Of a DNA stretch of 64,000 bases, positions 19,037 through 26,049 are shown one piece after another. A program made the position numbers and the translations under genes. Source of the DNA: Escherichia phage EcS1. Below the pieces are notes generated by a model. The model made no database searches, was not told where the DNA came from, and worked only from the letters and a program-made list of their open reading frames with translations. Numbering within the stretch: position 1 is the first letter of the stretch; each line of letters opens with the position of its first letter. The stretch lies in sequence record NC_055721.1; one strand, given 5' to 3'.

Positions 19037-19579
19037 CTATTTGGCCCACTTGATAATGCTTGTGATAATTGAATTGCGAGATGCAGGATAAATGCCTTCT
19101 ACATTATTTGAATCGTCATGTTTCAAGATTTGTCTGATACTTAAATCGTTATCATCTGCGAATTCATGGAATGATTTAATAATTTGGTTAAAGCCAAATG
19201 GGCTCAATGAGATCAAATCATCTTCAAAATCTGTTTTGATTTCATTACGAGTTAGAATCAATGTATAAACTTTGTGATTATCAATTAATCGATTAAAGTC
19301 CACTTCGTACTGTTCAACACATTTCTCATTGCGTAGTTTACCATAAACCCAATTACTGATATAACCACGATCTAATAGATAGATTTTGCTAGAATCGAGA
19401 TAATTTAGCATCGTTTCGAAGCAAGATACTTCATTACGACTTTTGATATCAAATCGACCATCATCTGTACGTTTTGGGAAGTCAATGAGCTCATAACGAT
19501 CAGAAATTTGACAGATATCACGAATCAATGTTGTTTTACCAGCATTGTCAGGTCCGTCAATATAAATTATTTTAGCCAC
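19037..19579 (-). CDS. P-loop kinase-like protein (nucleotide/sugar kinase fold, substrate unknown)
   Basis: 180 aa; Walker A GPDNAGKTT at residues 8-16; sits where T4 has beta-glucosyltransferase. Confidence 0.5.
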   Translation of the reverse strand: MAKIIYIDGPDNAGKTTLIRDICQISDRYELIDFPKRTDDGRFDIKSRNEVSCFETMLNYLDSSKIYLLDRGYISNWVYGKLRNEKCVEQYEVDFNRLIDNHKVYTLILTRNEIKTDFEDDLISLSPFGFNQIIKSFHEFADDNDLSIRQILKHDDSNNVEGIYPASRNSIITSIIKWAK

Positions 19580-20478
19580 AAATCACCTTCAATAATGATG
19601 TCTTCACGTTTAGGAATGTTGTATGGAGAATGAATGTTACACCGAAAGTAAACAAGTTCTGCTAGTCCAGGATGAAACACCTTTTCAGGGTTTTCATTAT
19701 ACAAGATAACAGGAGTTGCTTTTAACACACGATAATATTCTTTCTTGTTCAACTTGATAAGATGTATTTTATCATAGTTATACTCAGAAGCATCATATGT
19801 ATCATTTGGGTCAGTGATATACAAGTCAAGGTTTAAACCCTTACAAGTTCTAATGACCTTTTTGAAGTTATAACATTTATCACTAATACGGAATGGATGG
19901 AATACACCCTTAAACTTGATAGGGTCTGTGTTGCGAGAGAACGTCTGCATGACGTCAGGATTAATTACTCGCTGTGAGACTATAATCTTATCTTCATCTG
20001 CGCCGTATGCAACCAGGGTATCTTTCTGACACTTGTTCAACACAAATGTACGAAGGCTTTGATTCACTGATAGAACATCAAGATCAATAAACTCATCAAT
20101 GTAATACCGTTCTACTTCACGGTCTTTAGTGATATTGAAATTATAGATGACTTCATTTTTACCTGGATAACCTGTGATATCAGTCACAAGATGAGCACAA
20201 TCAAAGTAATCCATTAATGAATCGATGACAAACCAGTTCTCTTCCCAGAAATGCTTACGAGATTCATATGCATTATCTTTATACCAGACAGGACAGAATG
20301 TGATTTCAGGGAACAGTTCTCTCAACTCTTCTTCGTCATCATTATTCTTTGGAATACAAATGATGTCACCGGGACTAGCCCGGTGTAATTGGAGTTGAAA
20401 GTTACCGTCTTTAAGAATAGCATAATTACCAGTTTCGTAAGAACGCATTGAAAAGATAGGAACGATCAATTTAGCCAT
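19567..20478 (-). CDS. hypothetical protein; positional candidate for hmC sugar transferase
   Basis: 303-aa ORF with start overlapping gp42 stop; no motif I can assign by eye; occupies the bgt locus. Confidence 0.4.
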   Translation of the reverse strand: MAKLIVPIFSMRSYETGNYAILKDGNFQLQLHRASPGDIICIPKNNDDEEELRELFPEITFCPVWYKDNAYESRKHFWEENWFVIDSLMDYFDCAHLVTDITGYPGKNEVIYNFNITKDREVERYYIDEFIDLDVLSVNQSLRTFVLNKCQKDTLVAYGADEDKIIVSQRVINPDVMQTFSRNTDPIKFKGVFHPFRISDKCYNFKKVIRTCKGLNLDLYITDPNDTYDASEYNYDKIHLIKLNKKEYYRVLKATPVILYNENPEKVFHPGLAELVYFRCNIHSPYNIPKREDIIIEGDLWLK

Positions 20479-21176
20479 TATTTTAAGAACCTTTTAACAT
20501 AATCAAAGTCACGCTCAAAGACGTGGGCTGACACCATAGAGTGAGTGTATGAACCCATTTTAACACCACATTCATCAGCAATATATTTCATCAATTTCTG
20601 CTGAAGATAAAAATCAAGTTGCATAACTACAGCACAGTTCTGAGAACGCATATGACAGTGAGTATGAAGACGATCATCACGGATATAATACGTTATGGAA
20701 TCCGTGCAAGGGTATTCTAGGGTCTCATCACTATCAAGCAGTGTTTGGTCGCTTGATTCGAGAATCTGGAACACAACACGTCGCGAGTTAGGCTTCTCTT
20801 TAAGTTCTTTGAGAAGGGTTGGTAACTGGGCAACAATACGAGGTCCATAAAAAGTGTTGAAGTTTGCAGGCAATGTGTCACTTTTTGGTTTTGAAATGAA
20901 TTTAGCAACATTAGGATATTCCTTAAATGCTTCTACTGCATCAGTACCACCAGAAATCATGAATTGCCAGAATGATTCAGCGTAATCATAATCGATACGA
21001 TTGATACGTTCGTCTTGGAAGATGGCAGATTCTGGTTCGAACACTTCAATTACTGCCGAGCCAATTTCATGACATCGACCTATACGAGAATCAGTCACAA
21101 AATCTGGTGACTTCAAGATGAGCTCATTCATCTCTTTAAATGCTTCTTCAAACGTCCAGGCTTTAACTGAAATCAT
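20478..21176 (-). CDS. 42: dCMP hydroxymethylase gp42 (thymidylate-synthase fold)
   Basis: 232 aa; PCTDSITYYIRDD and MRSQN...D match the T4 gp42 catalytic Cys region and the cytosine-specifying Asp; NSRRVVFQ resembles the phosphate-binding SRR. Confidence 0.8.
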   Translation of the reverse strand: MISVKAWTFEEAFKEMNELILKSPDFVTDSRIGRCHEIGSAVIEVFEPESAIFQDERINRIDYDYAESFWQFMISGGTDAVEAFKEYPNVAKFISKPKSDTLPANFNTFYGPRIVAQLPTLLKELKEKPNSRRVVFQILESSDQTLLDSDETLEYPCTDSITYYIRDDRLHTHCHMRSQNCAVVMQLDFYLQQKLMKYIADECGVKMGSYTHSMVSAHVFERDFDYVKRFLK

Positions 21177-21517
21177 AGTACCTCTTGTCGTTTTTTACTT
21201 TCATTAAAAATAAATTGATAGATCGATTTTAACTCATCAGGAACTGCAGCGAGTTTAAATGCTTCGACTTCAAGGTTCTCGACAGGAAGATTATGTTTCT
21301 TCTTCAAGGACCCAATAGCATCGGTAACTTTAAATCGACGTTCTAACAACTTATGCATTTCATAATCAATGTCTTCAATTTCATTACGCATTACATTGAG
21401 AAGTCGAGAAGGACTTGGCTTGACATCAAATGGATTATAAGTTGCTGGGTCTTCTCCCGCCTGAATACGGCGGGATTTAATAGAGATTTCGTTCATCATA
21501 TGGTTGATACGTCTCAT
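21173..21517 (-). CDS. AroQ-type chorismate mutase-like protein
   Basis: 114 aa; LLNVMRNEIEDIDYEMHKLLERRFKVTDAIGSLKKKHNLPV...ES...Q follows the CM_2 pattern; start overlaps gp42 stop (ATGA). Confidence 0.55.
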   Translation of the reverse strand: MRRINHMMNEISIKSRRIQAGEDPATYNPFDVKPSPSRLLNVMRNEIEDIDYEMHKLLERRFKVTDAIGSLKKKHNLPVENLEVEAFKLAAVPDELKSIYQFIFNESKKRQEVL

Positions 21518-22773
21518 TCTGGGTACCTCATTGCGTCGTCTGCATTATCAGTAATTGATACAATCTGGATTGAATTCAGTGGCATATCGTTCTTAGATAA
21601 TTGTCGTTTGTAATAACGTTCACAATAAGTACAAGTTGAACCACAGACTTCATTAGCACAATCAAAGTCAGGATGTTTGAACCAACGTTTCTTCAAGAAG
21701 CCATCTAACAATGATGTTTCAATATTCACTGTGTGTTGATAGTCAACTTCAGATTCATTAGTATAGATCGTTTCTAGTGGCTTCCAGAGCTCAAGGAGGT
21801 TACCTTCGAAATGTTCTGATGAATAAGCTTCCAGAACTTTCATGATGTACTCTGTTGACCCTGTACGTCCTGACACTTTGAACTGAGTGATACCAATGTC
21901 ACGATACAACGCTAAATCTTGTGGACGTACAAAACGTGTACGAAGCCAGTTGAATGGGTCAGTGTCTCGTGCTTTGATACAGTGCTGCATCGGATACCCA
22001 TCTAACTTCTGGGCATCTTCTGATGTGATATCAGTAGAGTGGAAAATATAACATGAATCACGATAGCTACAATGAGTGGTATAACCTTTGCCTGCGTTAG
22101 AACAGAATTCATTAACCAGGATTTCAAAGATAATGCCAGCTTCATTACAATATTTCGCAGCTTGTTTCAAGAATGATACGCTACGGTTCTTGTGAATACC
22201 ACAACACACTTTTTTGATGTTGTATTGTTCATGAAGATACTTAATCTGAGTTACCGCATCTACGTGCAGGATAGTCGAGATTTCGAATTCGATTTCAGTA
22301 TTAACTTCACGAACGATTTGCATTACGATTGGGTTAGCAACAGTAATACGATACACACCGATTGACCACAAGTACTGGACATATTCTTGGATAGCTACTT
22401 TCTTCCAATCGTCGAGTTCACGTTTAGAACCAGGGTTAATGCTGTTGAACGTGTAGTTGAAGCAAATACCAAGTTCATTACAACGAGCAACATATTCTTC
22501 TAATTGAGAATTTTTTACATCAGGAAGACGAAAATCAGGGCGAGCAGCAACGAAGGCCATTTCACGAGTTGACCCATAGACTTCATTAATCAATGAATCA
22601 GGGTTCTTAGCATTCAACTCTACAATTTTATCCAGTAGAGCCAAGTCAAAGTTAGTACCAATTTTAAAAGTTTGTTTTTGCATTTTCATCTCTTTTAAGC
22701 AGGAAAAGGATGCGATGTCTTTTGCAGGCTTGTTACAATTAAGGTTTATATGGAGCGTGATGTTCGAAAACAC
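21514..22773 (-). CDS. U32-family protein (putative prephenate-dependent hydroxylase; Cys cluster)
   Basis: ANPIVMQIVRE, FKVSGRTGSTEY and EFCSNAGKGYTTHCSYRDSC align with TrhP/YegQ-type U32 motifs; C-terminal CxxxCxxCxxC. Caller start is GTG; ATG at 22687-22689 (MKMQKQ) is likelier. Confidence 0.55.
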   Translation of the reverse strand: MFSNITLHINLNCNKPAKDIASFSCLKEMKMQKQTFKIGTNFDLALLDKIVELNAKNPDSLINEVYGSTREMAFVAARPDFRLPDVKNSQLEEYVARCNELGICFNYTFNSINPGSKRELDDWKKVAIQEYVQYLWSIGVYRITVANPIVMQIVREVNTEIEFEISTILHVDAVTQIKYLHEQYNIKKVCCGIHKNRSVSFLKQAAKYCNEAGIIFEILVNEFCSNAGKGYTTHCSYRDSCYIFHSTDITSEDAQKLDGYPMQHCIKARDTDPFNWLRTRFVRPQDLALYRDIGITQFKVSGRTGSTEYIMKVLEAYSSEHFEGNLLELWKPLETIYTNESEVDYQHTVNIETSLLDGFLKKRWFKHPDFDCANEVCGSTCTYCERYYKRQLSKNDMPLNSIQIVSITDNADDAMRYPE

Positions 22774-23098
22774 CTTTTTGCATTAATGATTTGAATGTAT
22801 CAGGACGCATAGCTTTGTCATCGATAATCCAATCATACGCAGGTTTGTGAGTCATAAGTTCATGATATCTGAGTCCGATCTTTTCCAGATTCTTGACTAG
22901 ACCAGGAACTATTTCAACAGAGATACGACCAGGACCACATGATGTCATACCACGAGCAGTGTAGAGGACAATTATATGACCTTCATCATAAAGCTTATTA
23001 ATCATAGACACCATGACGGTGTCCGGATGAAAGTTTTCATAATCACGATTACTATTCCAATGAGTAATCGTGTTATCAATATCAAAGCAAATACGCAT
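22739..23098 (-). CDS. HAD-superfamily phosphatase
   Basis: Likely start ATG 23096-23098 overlapping upstream stop (TAATG): MRICFDIDNTIT (DxDxT), YTAR, IIDDKA. Confidence 0.6.
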   Translation of the reverse strand: MRICFDIDNTITHWNSNRDYENFHPDTVMVSMINKLYDEGHIIVLYTARGMTSCGPGRISVEIVPGLVKNLEKIGLRYHELMTHKPAYDWIIDDKAMRPDTFKSLMQKGVFEHHAPYKP

Positions 23099-24777
23099 TA
23101 GATAGGTTCCCACTGATGTTTGATATCACCACCGACAGGACGATATTCTACACCAGTTTCTTTATCAAGCAGAACCCATTTGCCTGGGTTCTTAGTGATT
23201 AACGTAGCCACAACCGGTTCAGCTTCATCAAATGAAACTGTATCATCTTGAAGTCTACGGCCCATTTTACGTAACTGTTTTGTTAGTAGCATCATGCCAT
23301 AATAATATGCAGCAGTTGCTTTCAATGGGTTGTTCTTGAAATAACCACCAAGTGCAATCCAAATAATGGCTACAGCAAGATGATGATATTCATTGAACAT
23401 ATCAGTCTTTTCATATTTGTATACTAAAGGAGCAATATTGACCCAAGCATTTTCATCATCAATGGTAAGGCCACCCCAAGCATGATTAGCATTAAAACTA
23501 TCATAGCCAGAAATAGCATAAAGAACTTTTGCTTCATCATACAAACGAGGGCCATAAATTTCAGTCTCGCCAAAGTAGCCACGAGGGTCAATGAACCGGA
23601 CTTTGCCGTCATATTGAATCATGGTATTGCTAAAGTTAGGGTCACCATGAATAACTGAATACTGACGGCCTTGAGTTTCATGATGATGATAAATCAAATG
23701 AGATAATGCTTGTTTGAGCATTGGTTTCAAACGTCCAAGTTTAACACCATTAACATGGGTTATTTTGCCGAATGAATTCACTACACCTTGAATACTTTCG
23801 CAACGGTCAATAACCTTAGTGTAGAACTCTTTAGTGAAGTCACGTTCAATTGTATTTTCAGAAGCATATACTTCATTACCAAAGTTTAATGCTTCAAGAA
23901 TGTCTTCAATTTTATTAAACTGGTGGTCTGCTGGTAAACCGTACAACCATTCAAATGCTGGAAGACCTTTAATGCGTTCCATTACAAAACTATTTTCTGT
24001 AACGGCTTCGATAAATGGTGTAGCATCAGAACTAACTGAACGATACCAAGATAGTTCTTTCTCTTGGAGTTTTTTACCTTGCTCAGTTACTGCAATCTTT
24101 TCTACAGTATGTTCATGCATTTCAACAGAGTTAAAACTACGGTTCAGTTCACGATCTTTGTGCGCGTCATGAAGCTTAATCATATCACCTAAATCAATAA
24201 GATTTAGAAGTTCAGAATAAGTGAATACTTTAGGGTAGATAAATTCTACAAAGTCTCGTCCACGACAAGCATCATGAATTTCTTCTTTGCTTTCGCCTTG
24301 CCAGAATTCCCAATCTCTGAATTGATAGATTCCAACTACGTTACCACCAGTGTCACCTACGTTTTTAATTGAATCACCGTCGAACTTATAACGACATTCA
24401 TTACCTTTAACATAGATCGCATTTTGGTCCCAAGACCATGAACCAAAGTCAGGAATAATGTCGCACCAGTTAACGATTACATTATGACCTTCAAGGAACT
24501 TACTCATCGTAGCTAATGCATAAGCAGAACCGTATGCTTCATCTACTGTATGAACAATGATATTCAAACCTTCTTGTTCGGCATAAGCCACTACAGTTTC
24601 AGCGAATTTTGAATGCACGACTACATAAATTTCATCTGCACCAAGGTCTGCATAGATGTCATGCAAGTTCTTTAAGATTGTATGTTGTTTGTAGTTAACC
24701 AACACCTTTGGGATATGATGTGTAACTGGATACAAACGAGTTGCTAATCCAGCTCCTAGAATAACTGCCTTTTTCAT
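23098..24777 (-). CDS. bifunctional sugar-1-phosphate nucleotidylyltransferase / APH-type sugar kinase
   Basis: 559 aa; N-terminal MKKAVILGAGLATRLYP (RmlA/MurU-like); C-terminal IHGDPNFSNTM and FIDPRG (aminoglycoside/choline-kinase fold). Confidence 0.65.
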   Translation of the reverse strand: MKKAVILGAGLATRLYPVTHHIPKVLVNYKQHTILKNLHDIYADLGADEIYVVVHSKFAETVVAYAEQEGLNIIVHTVDEAYGSAYALATMSKFLEGHNVIVNWCDIIPDFGSWSWDQNAIYVKGNECRYKFDGDSIKNVGDTGGNVVGIYQFRDWEFWQGESKEEIHDACRGRDFVEFIYPKVFTYSELLNLIDLGDMIKLHDAHKDRELNRSFNSVEMHEHTVEKIAVTEQGKKLQEKELSWYRSVSSDATPFIEAVTENSFVMERIKGLPAFEWLYGLPADHQFNKIEDILEALNFGNEVYASENTIERDFTKEFYTKVIDRCESIQGVVNSFGKITHVNGVKLGRLKPMLKQALSHLIYHHHETQGRQYSVIHGDPNFSNTMIQYDGKVRFIDPRGYFGETEIYGPRLYDEAKVLYAISGYDSFNANHAWGGLTIDDENAWVNIAPLVYKYEKTDMFNEYHHLAVAIIWIALGGYFKNNPLKATAAYYYGMMLLTKQLRKMGRRLQDDTVSFDEAEPVVATLITKNPGKWVLLDKETGVEYRPVGGDIKHQWEPI

Positions 24778-24815
24778 ATGTTTTCCTCATTTAAGTACAT
24801 CCATTGTACCATCAT

Positions 24816-24959
24816 TTAATTAAAGCACTGGAACTTAGCTTGTAACCAAAGCATGACCCAAGCAACCATAAGTGTAGGAATCATTACTGGAGTCATGATA
24901 CTCCAGTAAATAGTTGCGCCAAAGAATAACAATAATAAAAATATGGCTAGATATTTCAT
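24816..24959 (-). CDS. small hydrophobic membrane protein (47 aa)
   Basis: Unlisted ORF MKYLAIFLLLLFFGATIYWSIMTPVMIPTLMVAWVMLWLQ...; ATG overlaps the isomerase stop (TGATG). Confidence 0.35.
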   Translation of the reverse strand: MKYLAIFLLLLFFGATIYWSIMTPVMIPTLMVAWVMLWLQAKFQCFN

Positions 24960-25585
24960 CAGTCACCGCGCAATTGAGCACCTAATGCACCACCTGGATG
25001 GAAGCGTAGGAAGTCGTCAGGAGTAAAGCCACGTTCGGCTGAAAGGTTAATTGCAAAGGTATCAATCAGAGCCAAGAGCAACGTCGTGGACATTGTAGGC
25101 GCCAACTTATGCTCATCAATCTCAACTGCCTTGCCTGTACAGAAAGTATAGTCAAACAAAGCTAGTACACCAGAATTCAAATCAGGATTGCAATGTAAAA
25201 GGATTTGTTTAACACCAGGACGAATTCTTCGTAGATGTTTAACCACCCCAATCATTTCTTCAGTCTTACCAGAACGAGAGATATGAATCAATACATCATC
25301 AGGACCAATGAAACCTGCATCGCCATGAGAATAATGTCCAGTGTTCAAGTAAAGACTTGGAATACCCAACGAGGCCATTGTTTCTGAAGCCTTAGTGGCG
25401 ATATTAGCGTTTTTACCTACGCCGGTGATGATTACACGGCCTTTGTAATCGGAGAGCCCAGGGCCACGCAGGCATTGCAGTATTTGATTATACGAGTTCT
25501 CATGGTCAACTACAATATCAGATAAAGTAATAAGAGCTGAAGTTTGTAGTACTAAAGCATCTCTTGCACGTAAAATAGGATTCAT
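24959..25585 (-). CDS. D-arabinose-5-phosphate isomerase-like SIS-domain protein (KdsD/KpsF-type, no CBS pair)
   Basis: GRVIITGVGKN, HISRSGKTEE, LAPTMSTT, FHPGGALG align with KdsD; likely start ATG 25583-25585 (MNPILRA) overlapping the upstream stop. Confidence 0.75.
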   Translation of the reverse strand: MNPILRARDALVLQTSALITLSDIVVDHENSYNQILQCLRGPGLSDYKGRVIITGVGKNANIATKASETMASLGIPSLYLNTGHYSHGDAGFIGPDDVLIHISRSGKTEEMIGVVKHLRRIRPGVKQILLHCNPDLNSGVLALFDYTFCTGKAVEIDEHKLAPTMSTTLLLALIDTFAINLSAERGFTPDDFLRFHPGGALGAQLRGD

Positions 25586-26001
25586 TAGATATTTTCTTCC
25601 ACACATTTATTAACTGTTGAGTAATAATTACTAGCAGCATTCACATAAGTATTTTTATGGAGTTCTGCAGCTTTATAATCGCCTGATTCAAGAGCAACGG
25701 AATAATTATATTCGATCTTAGATAGTTTAACATCAATTATCTGTTGACATTTACGAGCTAATGCTGAACGTTTCTCTGCATTTGTTGTTCTGAGCAATGC
25801 TTCACGTTCACCTGGAAACTCAACACGTTCTACTTTCATGTTCGCGTACTTATCACAGTTACCACCACATTGATTAGATACACGTTCGTAGATAAGCCCA
25901 GTTCCACCTTTGAATTTAAGATTCCCGTCATAAGGCTGGTTGATATTTGTTCCAGCACATCCTACAAGACTTAATGATAATGCAATGATTAATAGTTTCA
26001 T
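25585..26001 (-). CDS. putative lipoprotein (imm/imm.1 position)
   Basis: MKLLIIALSLSLVGCAG: signal peptide with lipobox; 138 aa, Cys-containing mature part. Confidence 0.5.
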   Translation of the reverse strand: MKLLIIALSLSLVGCAGTNINQPYDGNLKFKGGTGLIYERVSNQCGGNCDKYANMKVERVEFPGEREALLRTTNAEKRSALARKCQQIIDVKLSKIEYNYSVALESGDYKAAELHKNTYVNAASNYYSTVNKCVEENI

Positions 26002-26049
26002 AATATTCCTTAATTTTTATAGATACTACCACGTCCTTGTGGAAGCAAA

